Shown here: positions 51,401 to 64,000 of the stretch, in pieces
How positions within the stretch are numbered: the stretch's first letter is position 1
How the letters are laid out: each line of letters opens with the position of its first letter
Source: Lingula anatina
Lineage: Eukaryota > Animalia > Brachiopoda
Assembly (NCBI GenBank): GCA_051362555.1
Contig: CM120640.1
Location: 12,028,001 to 12,092,000 of the forward strand
DNA length: 64,000 nt
Direction of reading: 5' to 3'
Position numbers and translations under genes: made by a program
The notes under the pieces: model-generated
What the model was told of the DNA's origin: nothing
The model's database searches: none
The model's input: only the letters and a program-made list of their open reading frames with translations

Positions 51401-54400
51401 TTAATATAATCCCAATTTTCGGTTCACCGTATCAATAAGGTAAAACAATCTATTCAAAGTTTATCTAAACACACAGACAAACATATTCATACAATTCACG
51501 GATGTTATACTATTACATGAACCACACCAGTGTGCACTCTTTTATTCAAAATAAATAATATAAGCACATGCTGTCTGAGTCCTTGTATACAATGAGCAAA
51601 AAATGTGAATTAAAGATGCATCACCAAAATCATTTAACTTGTTTGGATTCTCTTTTTCGCTGAAATGAGAAATATTTTGCTCACCAAAGATGCCATTAGT
51701 CTAAGCCACAAGACATTATTCTTCAACCCTCAATGGCCTTGAACTTCTATATAAACCCCATTGTCCCAATCTTCAGCATAAACACTGGAGAACATTACAC
51801 AGCCCTTTTGCTTCACATATAAACAGAGTATCATTTCTTAACAAAAGCAAAATATTGATTTGAGGTAAAAAATATGATGTGCTGCTTATTCCCTTAAAAT
51901 GATCTGTTGATGTACGCAAAACCATTAGCATTTTGCCACAAGGCTCTTGTATTTCTCTTTTTTATACCTGCTTCATCTTCTCTTAATAGAACTGATATGT
52001 AAGAAAGGCAGAAGCAAAGTCAATGAAATATTTCATCTGAAGATAAGCACCATCTCAATAATGCATGAATTTGTATAACTGATCAAACAAAGATAAATTT
52101 TGCCACTCATAATTAAGCATTTTCTTGGGCTTAAAAACATTATTTTGCAAATATACAATCCATCTTTTTAAAATACTTGGTTTATCAAGAGTAAAAGCAG
52201 AGTTGAATGGAAGGCATGCAGCTTGTTTAACCAAAATCTGGTCTCTCACACTGAAAACTATTACACCTGCAATAATACAAATCTAGATTTGAAAGCAAAC
52301 AGCACAAACTGAAAGTGAAATACAACTTCCAAGGAAACAATGGCCAAACGTAGTGTGTGGTTTTTACGGTTGTTGAACTATCAACTCCCTGGTGACTTTG
52401 AACACGATTCAATTTTCCTACAACACAAAATGAACAGATTGCTGGTGTCGATTTTGCAAATGAAATCAGTGTGATATGCATGCCTAAGTGGTTGCTGTGC
52501 AGGTTTCACTCTCTGTGCAGCAGCACTGATTCTGTGTATAATATGCAAACACTGCATGAATCATGTATTTTCATTTCTTATCAGATCAGTCACAGTATGG
52601 TGTCTATCAAAAGACAAAACCTTGAACATGGACAACATGTCTGTTATCTCTGCCAACAAAGGCAAGAACTGGAATTTTTCAAAAATGGCCAACAAACCAA
52701 CATCAGCACTACAGACAAGATAACCTATATTTCCCCCCCTTGGGAGAAAAAAGCAAATAATCGAGAACGAGTATTTAGAGAAATACTTAGAAAATATATT
52801 CCCCAGCATACCAAACATTGACTTTCACTTAAAATCATATATTTCTTCCCTCGTGTGTTTTCACCATATTATTTATCTGTAAACCAGTTAGGGATTTCTT
52901 TACTATGGTATAGAATAAGATTCCTAGAATCTAGTGACTGCAATCTCAATCTTGTAAAGAGAGTGAGATAACTTTAATTAATGTAATGTAAAAAAACAAA
53001 TAAATACAAGAAATATTTCAATATATAGTGGCTGAAATTGAATTTTATGGAAGGAACAAAATTTCTTTTATACTTGAATAACGTGACCAAATACAATTTA
53101 TTTCATGGCATTCTATCTGGTGCAAAATAAATTTATGTGCAAAGGGACCTTCTTTTGATCCTGGATGAGAAGATAAGACTGTGCACCCCCCCCCCCCCCC
53201 CAAAAAAAAAAAAAAAAAAAAAAACACACACACAAAGATCACCATCAGTTGCATGATACTAAAGGATTCTTGTCATAATTGATTTTACATGTCATTGATT
53301 AGAGCCCATCCATTCTGCACAAATGAAAAATGTATCTGAAATCTTAATTATAAAAATAACCCAAGAATCAACATCCAAATTGAAAAGCTGCAAATCAAAC
53401 TGAGCAGATATAAACAAAATTAATCGTGAGCAGAATCTGTGAATAAACCTGGAAACTTTATTAATGATACCCCTGATTTAAACAAGAATATCTCGATTAA
53501 GGCTAAGCACTACTTGGTATTCAGCTGGTGAACTGAAGATTAAACAAAATAGGTTTTAAAATAGACAATCGCAAGGTTAATGATATGTTAAAGCTTACTC
53601 TACATTAAAAGGATAGAAATCTGGCAAAGTTACAAAGGTACATGTACTTGCCAGAGATGCCAGCAAACACAGGCCAGAGGTGCAACAAATTGATGTCTTG
53701 GTCTCAACCTAATGACAAACTGATTTATCAAGGCACACTTTTGTTAAAAGCATAAAAAAACTCGGCGCTAAAATTCAGTGCATGAAAGCAAATATAAGTG
53801 ACCACTTCTACACGAGTGATGGCAAAATATTTTGTACATTGTATGGATATTATACAAATCTATAATTTTCAAAAATTGGGAGAATGTTTCATACTCCCAC
53901 ATTTTAGAAATTATAGTTTGATATGTTTCATATACCAAATAATCTGTTTTTTAATAAATAAATAAATGGAATGGATATAAAGACTACACCTTACACAACA
54001 CGAAAAACATTTAATCAAATGGAAAAATATTCTAGATGGTATCTTCTGTAGCACAGTCACATTCTCCTATTCTCCTGCAGCAAGCACCTTGAATAGAAAA
54101 AAAATCACGCAACAAATATTAATGAACTGGAAAAGATGGATAAACTTATTTCTTAAGTAAATATGCAGGAATATGCAATGCTTAACTGTAAAACATGAAA
54201 TCAATAATATTGCATGCTATGCAAATGAAGTATCCTGGTGTTTATGGTATTCTAAACACTACACAACACTAATTTACAAATGGTAATTTGTAAAACTAAG
54301 GTCTCCCACCCCCTACCACCACACACAAAACCAGCAACATCTAAGCATCACAAGTGAAATCAGTATAAAAATCTAGTCAAATGCTTCAGATATCTATTTT

Positions 54401-57400
54401 GACTTAAGAAAAAGATACAGATCTCAATTTTTTTTTCTTCTTTTCTGTCTGAAACATTTAATTTTGCAAACAATTTGTTTTAGCTAGCATAAGACTAAAA
54501 ATAAAACTGCTGAGATAAACTTAAACAGACTTTTTTGCATTTCCAAAGCAACCACAATAGAGAAAAAGACTTTACTGAAGAAAAGAATATGAAAAATTTC
54601 AAGCAATGTTAGCAGGAACCCAAATTCCTAACTCTACGTGTAGTAATAGCTTTGGCTGCGTTCACATGAACAATCTATTTTTAAAAATCTATTTGCGGTA
54701 TCTTGTGCTCACAGTCTGTGCCCTGAATACCCCACAGCCTAATTACGGGCAGCACGAGCCAGTTACTTCCAAAGTTGTAATTAATTCTCAGCGCTACCAG
54801 TAATTACGCCACGAGGTATTCAGGGCACAGACCGTGATCACAAGATACCACAAATAGATTTTTAGATTTTTAGAAAATAGATTTTTCATGTGAATGCAGC
54901 CTTTGATTTAAGAAATCCCATCTTCCACTTACCTTTGTCCCTGTGGACAAAAAGTCCCTGAAAAGAAAGAAATGCTTGCATATTAACATAAATGCAAATT
55001 GCATCATCATGTATATTCATGTCATATTTCTATTAACATGTAAATACAACTGATATAAAAGAGCATAACTTTTGCTGGGGTAGCGCTAACACTCGCCAAT
55101 TTAGCCAAATGCTAAAACTGACTTAAATTGGCTAAAGAAAAAGGGCCTGATTTACCTTGTTTTAGTCAAATTATAACCATTTTGATAACAAATTGACAAA
55201 AAAAGTGGTGATTTGGCTAAGCCAAAAATTTTGCTAGCGCTACCCAGTTTTGGTTCTCTATATATATTGTATGGTGCAATATAAGGCACATTTCAGTCCT
55301 TTATTTTTTTCTCATTCTCAGTTTAAGCCATATCAATGGTTTTAAATTGTTATAAAGTGCTTATATAATAAATCTCAGTAAAAAGGAATTAGAAGTTCGT
55401 TAAGGGGGGGCCTGTACCCAAATAGGACTAAAAATCATGTTCTTATAGATAAAATCAACTTTAAAGAAAAATCCCCAAATCCCTTTTGTAGTACTGTGTT
55501 CAAGTGTTATAATACCATTAAATGATTAGATGATTAAATGATTAGATGTTTTGAAAATACATTAAAAGCATGTTTATAACTGCGCAGGTGCCTGAGAGAA
55601 TCAGGAAACCAAAAATGATGTTTCTGCCCCACAAATCCCAATATTACATCACACAATGATCTTGGAGTTGTGTTTCAAGCATACTTAGGTTGCTTTGAAG
55701 ATACATTAAATGAATGCAACAGGAATAAAAATGCTAAGACCTTTAATTTAAGATAAAATCTCCAACCTGCAGTCCTCCCTTAATTTCCACAATGTTAGTT
55801 TGAGCAAGGGCAGTATTCTCCATTTTAATCATCAGTTGTCACAGCCAATAGGTAAAAATGCATAAATATTAGCAAGCCAATTCACAATGATTATGATAAC
55901 TATAGTTTGATATCAATGATTGATGTCTTTTATAAAAGGCCATGTGAAGTATTTGCTTTTGATGAGTTTCTTTCTACATGTTGTGTCGACATAATACAAG
56001 ATATATCGATTTTATCACAAACTGGGCGTGACTCAACATGTTGAAATTGAATCAAGAAGCCACCCTGGCATATAGCACCATTCTTGCAGGGCATTGCTTT
56101 TTTTAATCCACCTGCCCCTTAAAAAAACTCAAAGTGAAATGTAACCCAATGCAATTTTCTGAATCAAGGCAGGTATTAAACCAAATCAATAATCATTTTT
56201 TATCCCTTGTATCTAAATGTGTACAACTTGATTTGATCCTCAAAGAGATAATTTTATCTCTGTGAGTTAACTTCACCTTCCTCCATGATGAAAAGTACCT
56301 CACATTTGCCTACTTACAAATCTGTAAAGACCTCAATCTTGAAGATTAGTGTGCTTGCTCTCAGTGAAGCAGTGTATGCTGAAGTAGTGACACAATTTCT
56401 ACATTACCCGCCTTTTAGATGTGTGTTTGCTATTTCCTGTACCAAAAGAAGGGATGGGAATGAATACAGTGAATGGTTTGGTTTTTGAAATAAACTCTTT
56501 TCAGTAACTGCAGACATGGTGCAAATCGCTGTCACACAATTGCACTCCACTTTTCTATGCAGCTATGAATGGAAAGTATTCGTTTCTCTCTGTAGAGCAA
56601 ACAGAATACTAGCCGAGTAAATTGTTTTCTGTTTGCTTATCAAAAGAATGAGTTTTCACAAATGCATTTTCTGCTAAAATGGTTTCATTAAGCAAATATG
56701 CTACTGAGCCTGTCATCAATGATTATCAAGTTCCAATTTAAAAAATTGTACAAGCAATGTGGCATATTTTTTTCCAAAACAAAAACAGCTAACAATGTAG
56801 TTTTAACAAGACCCCCTTCTCCATATCTTTTCATCTTGTGATCACATTTTTTACAGCTATTTACAAAAATCAAGCCCACTGGGTGCCCCCTCGGGTGAAG
56901 TCAACCCTTTTTAATGTCTCACCCTACACTCTTGTCTGATAGAATTAGCACACCTGACTGGATACCTGTGCTGCTGAGCCAGTATCATAACAAAGAGAAA
57001 GGAGGAGAGCACTGCATAACGTTGAACAGACAACAATAAAACCACACAATAGTGAAGTCTTGAGAAAATATGCACCCACCAGCTGTGGCAACTGAAAATC
57101 TGTCACCTTCTGAACCTTGCTGCATACTTTTCACTTGATTAAAATTTCCTGTACAAATAAGAGGTCAGGCAAAGATGGAGATAAATCTATCGATATAAAA
57201 TAACAGGTTGGAACAGAAACTTGGGGAAGAATTTTATGAATTTATTTCATGTAATCTTTGGATAGTCAACACCATAGGAGGGGATATTGTTTTCAAATCA
57301 CAGGGCAATTAATTTTTGTGATTTTAAATATAATACTGATGACTAAGGCCTTGACCATGTAATTTATTTTGTGAGAATATATACCAATACCTCTTAATGG

Positions 57401-59722
57401 AGCGAGGTGAATATGTGATACAGAATAGCACTGAACATTATATCACTATCATTTTCAATTATATAATGATAATGCACAGAAATCTTTAACTATTAAAGAC
57501 AGTTTTTAACTTCTGTGGGGATGCCTGTAAACAAATAAATTTGTAGCGTTTTCAGTAAGGTGCAGTTGACACTGGGCATAAAAGGAAAAGTATTGATAGG
57601 GACATCAAAACCTGTGCAATGGAGTATTTAAATGCAAAATGCACTTCTATTCTCTCTTCACATTTAACTTTGATTCCGAAGTTAACTACTGTATGTTTTG
57701 CAGAAAATTGAAATATATGCAAATATTCTATATGTAAGAAATCCAATGGTTATATATATAGTTAACAAAATAATAGTTAACATATAGCATTTTTTCAGAT
57801 ATTTGGCTTAAATAGCTTGTTGTTATGATGGAATTAAAATGTAGTGTTGAATTTTTTTTTTCAGTAACCTCAATAATAAGTAACCTTGCTGTGAATAAAA
57901 GGGTTAGATGGTAAATTTCATCATCATTGCATGCTTTCCAATTTTATTATTTAACCTTTTTAACAGGTTTTCAAAAGAATTACAAGAGCATTTATAATCG
58001 GTCAAATCCATCAATCAGTTCATGAACTTCAATTTTTTAAAGATAGGATAAATGAGAAAAGCTTTAAACAGGGAAGCATAGGCAAAAGCAAAGACTGCCC
58101 TTTTCCATGTTTCTGATAATTAATCTGCCGATGAATAGTTAAGAAAACAGTCTTGGGGAAGAAAAGAAACCTTGTGTATTTCCTCTCAATTGGTTGTGTG
58201 GAGCCATCACTTGCATGATTGACATGACACTCTTGCTTAATCCTGTCTGTATACAGATCAGAAAATCAATACCATAATGTACCAAATGCTCACATAGCAT
58301 GTTTTGAAATGGGCCATGATACTGTACAAGGTGTAAAATGTTGGACATCATCATGAAATATTGCCATCAAGAGTTGACAAAATATTACTCTTCAAATTTA
58401 CATTCTGAAATATATATCTGTATTCAGCTTTTTGCAGCAGCAGCAGGTGGTTGCCATCGTTAATTCCTAACCATACAGCTTTGGGCTCTTGACAGCAGGA
58501 ATTCGTCCTGCAACCTAATAATTTAGTAGCAAATTGAAAGATAGAACTCTGGCATTTTGGTTAAAATTCACAGCAGGGTCCTGTCAATTAAGATCACATA
58601 GACCTACTGTACTCCTACAATTTTCTTTAGATCATTTGCTTCTTTTAAAATTTAATCACACCAGCAATATGGGTCGCAATGAGATCTTTGATGTGTAATT
58701 TTGCATCTTTTTAATTATTTGTGTACAGAAATATTAGTAATTCTGATTTTAAGCTCATGATAGGGCAAACATTCAAATTTTATCTTTGGGAGAAGAGAAG
58801 ATCAGCACTGTGCATTATTTTCAACCAAAAGTCTTTGGTTCTAATTCCAACCACCTGTAATCTACTATGGCTTTAAGAACAAGTGCTATTAGTGACTTTA
58901 TATTCTACATAACCTACATATCATACCGAAAAAAAATTAGCAACCACAAATGGCAGCAAGTTCAAAGCCTGTGCCAACTGATATGTGTTACTCTTTTACA
59001 TCATATCATTACTGTGGGTGAAACTGGCACTTTTTATGGCCATTTGTGGTCTTTTCATTTCTATCATATAAACAAGGTTGTTTCAAGCAGTTATATTCCA
59101 TACTGAATTATGCAATACCAATCACAAGTAATAGTTGTGTATCAGTCCGTGGTTATAACAATGTGAAGTCAAAACATAAAACAAAATACCAGATATAGTT
59201 TCAGTTGTCACAAAATGTTTATTTCACACAAATGATAGTATAAAGCCCTTCAAAATTTCACAGCAAATTCGATCAAATATGTTCAACACTTCAAACTTAG
59301 ATTCAAGAAGTGCTGATGATTCCATGTTTTGTTGTTTTCATACATCGCCATTTTCAGAGAATCCTGTTTTTAAGGTGACAGCGACAAGTTTCAGAAGAGT
59401 TTAAAAGATTCTAGTACAAGAATATACACAGATAATAAAGTTTTAAGCAAAGAACACGGCGCTAGAGCTGAAAATCATTTGTGCGAAGATAAAGCAACAG
59501 CGTATAAACTGATGAGAAAAAGCTAGGTGCGACCAACCCTGAGTCAACACGTGTGTGACGTTTGAATAAACAAAGTCACGAAACAACAGGTTTGTATCAA
59601 ATCATGACAACCGAAAAGGCCGAAGATAAACGAACATATTGGCCAGTTCATTCGGGTAAAAGTGGACGCATAGAAAAACAGATCCACAGAAACAAGACCT
59701 TACTTATCACTTACCCATCCAT
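18447..59722 (-). CDS. PTBP: Polypyrimidine tract-binding protein (PTBP1/2/3 co-ortholog, hephaestus-like), 4 RRMs, 19 coding exons, ~552-565 aa
   Basis: Exons: 59722-59715, 54957-54933, 45850-45752, 41110-40961, 38537-38403, 30850-30728, 30473-30422, 28628-28570, 26974-26788, 25779-25684 (or 25645), 24342-24319, 23514-23369, 20915-20882, 20023-19931, 19718-19621, 19326-19205, 18939-18865, 18699-18636, 18515-18447. All are phase-consistent. The protein reads MDG...[77 protein letters not shown] and ends [11 protein letters not shown]. Confidence 0.97.
20882..20915 (-). other. PTBP: 34-nt PTBP cassette exon (equivalent of PTBP1 exon 11 / PTBP2 exon 10)
   Basis: tag|ATGGTTACGCCAGATGCTCTGTTTACCCTATTTG|gtatg encodes [11 protein letters not shown](G) in RRM3. 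Skipping gives an in-frame TGA at 19999-19997. Confidence 0.95.
24319..24342 (-). other. PTBP: 24-nt frame-preserving microexon in the PTBP RRM2-RRM3 linker
   Basis: A long poly-T tract precedes gtccgtactgtag|CAGCACAAATGAGGGGATTGCCAG|gtaagt. Phase 1-1 matches both neighbouring exons. Encodes xAQMRGLP. Confidence 0.75.
29084..29113. repeat. Perfect 30-bp palindrome
   Basis: catgcatgcataaac|gtttatgcatgcatg is its own reverse complement. Confidence 0.95.
32747..35397 (-). mobile_element. Helentron-associated non-autonomous element, copy 2 (inverted relative to copy 1)
   Basis: Reverse complement of 8783-11388 with few substitutions outside the array. It has the same subTIRs, hairpins and CTAG end, and is flanked by AA/AA (TT on the element strand) with no TSD. 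The (ggagccggc)n tract at ~35277-35338 is longer than in copy 1. Confidence 0.87.
32958..34375. repeat. Tandem array of ~146-bp units (~9.7 copies) inside HINE copy 2
   Basis: The anchor g(g/t)tttgga recurs at 33051, 33195, 33341, 33487, 33632, 33778, 33924, 34070, 34215 and 34361. Confidence 0.97.
46272..46403 (-). CDS. PTBP: Alternative first coding exon of PTBP (44 aa, Pro-rich)
   Basis: ATG at 46403 opens [44 protein letters not shown]|gtaggg. Phase 0 joins RGSDELL (exon at 45850) and recreates the G-x-KRGSDEL motif. Confidence 0.72.
54654..54901. mobile_element. Fold-back MITE with ~100-bp inverted arms (PIF/Harbinger-like ends)
   Basis: ggctgcgttcacatgaa...ttcatgtgaatgcagcc. Internal arms ggtatcttgtgctcacagtctgtgccctgaatacc and ggtattcagggcacagaccgtgatcacaagatacc pair with each other. 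Flanked by ttt on both sides. Confidence 0.8.
55075..55247. mobile_element. ~170-bp MITE (family A, copy 2)
   Basis: ctggggtagcgctaac...gctagcgctacccag, a diverged reverse complement of 862-1030. Flanked by a 5-bp direct repeat ttttg. Confidence 0.78.
55404..55779. mobile_element. Possible degenerate non-autonomous DNA transposon with TTAA target (Kolobok-like)
   Basis: TTAA-gggggggcctgta...tgcagtcctccc-TTAA. The TIR match is imperfect and there is no second copy in the window. Confidence 0.35.
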
Positions 59723-60084
59723 ACTGTTAAACTTCAGAATATGCAGAAAGAAGAGAAGTATTAGTAGGCACAACGAACAGCGGTGAGGATCTCACTGCAA
59801 ATGGCGGTAAAACAACACGAGGTATGGGATCTCGCATGAACGAGATAGGGGCATTTAAACAAATTGGTTTCAAAGAAAAGAGACAGGGGCTATTAATTTT
59901 ATGGTATTAACGATATATATAAGAAGATAATCTAGGAACAAGAGTTGTCAATGGAATATATTTTCAAAAATTGAAATAATGCTCTACTCGTTTATGCGAT
60001 ATGGCTATATTTAGATCAAAGGTCCCGGATGTATAGCAGAAGTACTTCCTCGTTTCACACGTGTGTGTTGTTTACAGGCACATT
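59723..60084. promoter_or_regulatory. Probable bidirectional promoter and 5' UTRs of PTBP and the thioredoxin-fold gene
   Basis: Divergent ATGs are only 362 bp apart in a locally CpG-richer stretch. YY1-like aaatggcgg at 59799-59807 and ETS-like ccggat/acttcc near 60025-60049. Confidence 0.6.
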
Positions 60085-63000
60085 ATGAATTTGCACAGCA
60101 TTCATTCTTTGCTCAATATTTTCTTAATGCATACGTTAGTAATAGTGGAAGTCAATGGACAAAAAACTAAAGTGAGTCATCAAACGCCTGCTTTCAAGAA
60201 ACATGAGATGTTCAATGACATATTCCCTCTTACTATAAGTAACTTTTCTGAGAACGTTCTCCGAAGCAAGGAAGCATGGATTATTATATTCCATGATGGC
60301 ACTATGTTGAAAACGTGGAAAAGTATGACAGCGTCAGTCAGAGGTGTTGTCTGGGTCGGAATGGTAGATATAAGGCAGGAAAAACAGATGTTGCAAGATT
60401 TGCTCGTATGTAAAGACATACCTTATCATTCCAGAATTGACCCGTGACAAATTAATAAGTTCATTCGAAGGTTTATTGAAAAGTACATTCTCTGGCTGTG
60501 CCAATTTGCAGTGGCACTATTTTGCAATTTTCCTTCAACATTTAATATTAATGATTATTTTTAATAAATTACCCTAAATATCTGAACATTCCTAAGAGCA
60601 ATTAATAGTAACATAATATTATTTGGGAGAATCTACCTGAGTTGATTTAAGTTTTTTTTTTTTACTTCAATTTCAAATGTGTCAGATACAGAGGAGCTTT
60701 AATTTAGACTTCTTAGTTATTTTGTGAGAGATATAGTTGCTTAAAATATAGAAAATATACATAGATTTATGAATCCAAATTGTGAGACAAAGGTAAATTT
60801 TGACTGTAATGACTGTGCATTTTGCAGTAAGCTCTCTGTTGGACAATTCATCAGCTTGGGTTTAAGTGTTTCTGAAATGATGATCTAAAAGATTAAACTT
60901 AAAACTGTGTCTTAGAGATCAGACCACTGATAACATTGCCCTCAGACCACAGCTACTTTGTAGAGCATATGCTATCATGGTTAGATCAATGACGAACGAG
61001 TCCTAAAAACCCACTGTGAAATAATTGTTACAGAATAAGTGTGATATATGCTTAAGTGCAAAAGTACAAACTTTTTTATTTAATATTAATAATGTGTCAG
61101 GTGTTAAAACAGGATCATTGCATTAATATTTAGGTAAGACTGTCTAACTTAATATGCTTTAGAGGTGCTTTATGTTATTACTAGTACAAATATTAATCTA
61201 TGGGAAAATAACATTTTATTTTTGCTTCTTTTAAGACTCAAAAAGTGTTAAAGTGTCATTTTAAATATCATTCCTAAAATGTATTAAAGGATTTTTATTT
61301 ATTGTCACCATTATAATAAGGATTGTGTAGTAAAAGGTATCCTTTTCTTTCAGAATATTGATGAAAACAATGTGCCCAATGCCAGAATATATCCATTTGG
61401 GAACAAGAATGAAAAGTTGATGAAGCATATTGATGTTGATAGCCCAAATGAAGCTAAGCTGAAGGCTCTGCAGTCGCTGCCTGATAAAACACAGAGAATA
61501 TTCAAGTCTGACATTCATGGCTTTGTCCTAGATAGTTACATGTCTCATCCATCCAGATTCCCTACTATATTGATAACTGGTATGTGTGTTTACCACTTTT
61601 TTTCTGTATGGGGCATGCTAAAAATCTTTAATCTCTAAATAATTTCACTTTCTGCCCTTGGCATTCTTATTCTGCTCCTTTTGGATATGCCATACAGCTG
61701 ATCATCTACAAATCAACTTTTATTATGAAGATGCCTTCGGTGACATTTCATTCTTAAGGTTAACTACTATAAGAATAGACAATTTCCTAGAATATGAAGG
61801 GAAAAGTGCCATAACTACCCTGATTAGTCTCTTATATCTTGACTAATCAAATTTGCATCACATGGAATGTAAAAGCCTATTTTTGATTGATTTCTTGTGA
61901 AATTTTCATCATTTCCAAAGAAAGAGAAAACAATGTTAACCAGAGTGCATTGTGACTTACAAGTTACACAAGACTATCTTTAATAGGGGTAATTGCTTGT
62001 CTCAAAAGTGCAACTATGCTATTGGATAGAAATTGAAGGTTTTAATTTTATATATTACCAGTATATGTATCTTAGATGAAGTCTTAAAATGTCTTCAATT
62101 GATTTACCTTTATTTGAAAGAAATTGCTTTTGATTTTGATTAGTTGTATGAATGTTTCTATTTTTCTACAGGTCAGACAGATGTCATTCCTGAGTAATAG
62201 ATTTTCCTTAGACTCTCTTGGGAATCAAACTCACCACATTTACAATTTTTTGCAAATTTGACATTCCACTGCATATTTGCATAATGTAATGTACATGTAT
62301 ATCAAATTAGAGCTCATCATTAAAGCAACATCAGGAACTAAAGCAGGACATCTGAGTAAATGAAAGGCAATTGTTGACTATTACCCTGTTTCATAACAGT
62401 TCTATGATTTTTTTTTTTTTTTTTGGTTGGCACATGTAATACAGTTGATACAGGGATTTTCTTAGAAATGCCTGTAGTTATTTAGGTAATGGCTAGACCT
62501 TTGCCACGCACATGTAAGTCTGCTCAAATCATTGCACCAACAAATAATTATCCATCCAAGTGGATGTCTTTATAATTTGACATAGTACCTTAATTATTGT
62601 ATGCCCTCTAATAACCCAAGTATCCAATATATGAACCTATTTACTCGGCAAAATGGCACTATTCAAAAGCAATTCTAAGTGATGCTGCATAGAAGAACTT
62701 CAAAATGTCTGTTGCCAAAATCAAATAGAAAAACAAAAAATAAAATGTTGAAAGGACAATTGATAAGTCCAGTGAATAAATTCAGATGGTAGCTTCAGTG
62801 TTCCACTTGCTTCGAATTCAAAACTCAAAGGTACCTAGCTGAGAACATATTTAAAAACAATTTGGTCAAATTAAGTGATCACTTGCATGCATTTCTTGCA
62901 TTTTACCTTTGCATAAAAATTTAGAGCAGGGTTAACTTTGTATCAGTTTTCTTGTTTAAAAAGATGTAAGTTGTCTTTTAAATACAATTTCTTATTTAAA

Positions 63001-63673
63001 CAGATGTAAACTGTCTTTAAAATATAACACAGGCTATATGAAAATGAAAAGGGCAGTACGTTTTACATTCCCATATGAAATCAAAGGAAAATGTGCAGAT
63101 TTCATAAGAATGCACAATGCATGCTAAGAAGGTATTATAGTCAGATGGAGGAGCTGCATCAAGACACAAGTCAGTGACAAGAAGACCAAGGTACATCTTG
63201 AACAATACTAAAATGTTTAACTGAATGATAGGAAAATTTTATTTTCAGATGAAACAGCCACCCCAGCATTATTTAAAGCCTTAGCCTTGCGATTTGAAAA
63301 GTATTATAACTTTGGAGTTATGAAGAATCCAGAAGCAGAGGATTTGAAGGCTCTGGGAGTAAGCGACTATTTCTTAGACACACCCTGTCTGTTGGTGCTT
63401 GTTGCTGATGCACAGAATCATGGGAAGCAGTTGAATGAATATGAGAACTTACAGTTTAGTGGAGTTCCTTACAATAAAGATACTATGGGAGAATTTAATT
63501 TCCCCAATTTGATGAAATTTCTGTTTGCAATTAACTATCAGTTTCGACATGCTTTACCTGGAGACAACCATAGTGACAATAAGATAGTGGCAGAAATGCT
63601 GGATATAATTGAAATTGAAAAGAAAAGATTTGAAATTATGGATGATCAGGTGCTAAGTAGAGAAGAATTGTAG
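60085..63673 (+). CDS. ER-resident thioredoxin-fold (PDI-like, non-catalytic) protein, 3 exons, ~323 aa
   Basis: Exons 60085-60405, 61354-61579 and 63249-63673 (phases 0 and 1; 972 nt). Hydrophobic N-terminal signal-like peptide. LTISNFSENVLRSKEAWIIIF and VWVGMVD are typical of Trx folds, and TPALFKALALRF resembles PDI b-type domains. C-terminal REEL. No CXXC. Confidence 0.8.
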
Positions 63674-64000
63674 TGATACTTGGAACCCAGCCATGTACAT
63701 GTCTTCCATATAAATTAATATCACGAATGTTTTTCATATATGTGGATGGTATGTTTTATAATAATATTTTCAGTCTTGCCATCAGAATTTGGTCCCGATC
63801 TCACTGAAATATAAAAGCTGAGCTGTCAAATTTAAGGGGAGCTTTTTGCCATAGAAAAAAATTAATGGTTTTTATGAACTGAGGAAAAAATTTGCCAAGG
63901 AAAAATAATTTGTATTTTGTTAGGTTTTAACATAAACACTGGGAGTTTTAGCAAATCAGGGATTTTACCAAGTGTGTGGCTTTGTAGTATTCACTGCTGG

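Noticed and set aside
1-64000. tRNA, rRNA, snoRNA or miRNA genes in the large introns
   Set aside because: None was recognisable by eye. A covariance-model search (Infernal/Rfam, tRNAscan-SE) would be needed to exclude them.

Overview
AT-rich, intron-containing animal genomic DNA. It is an invertebrate, and a lophotrochozoan/mollusc is my inference, not proven. Four spliced genes were reconstructed by hand, arranged head-to-head, tail-to-tail, head-to-head: (1) a 5-exon HD-superfamily phosphohydrolase (-, 229-2507); (2) METTL4, an MT-A70 methyltransferase with a DPPW motif, an unusually large 1.5-kb exon and a GC-AG intron (+, 2981-13424); (3) a 19-exon polypyrimidine tract-binding protein gene (PTBP/heph; -, 18447-59722); (4) an ER-lumen thioredoxin-fold protein with no CXXC, ending in REEL (+, 60085-63673). 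PTBP keeps the 34-nt frameshift/NMD switch exon known from vertebrates, with a ~180-nt AG-free zone and a dense UGCAUG (RBFOX) cluster. It also has a 24-nt microexon, tandem donors and an alternative first exon. Two near-identical, oppositely oriented 2.6-kb Helentron-type non-autonomous elements (8783-11388, 32747-35397) each carry about ten 146-bp repeats packed with nuclear-receptor half-sites; one is nested in a TIR DNA transposon. Several MITEs and simple repeats are present. Most short ORFs in the supplied track are spurious. No RNA genes or CRISPR arrays were seen. All calls come from manual reading and no database searches were run.
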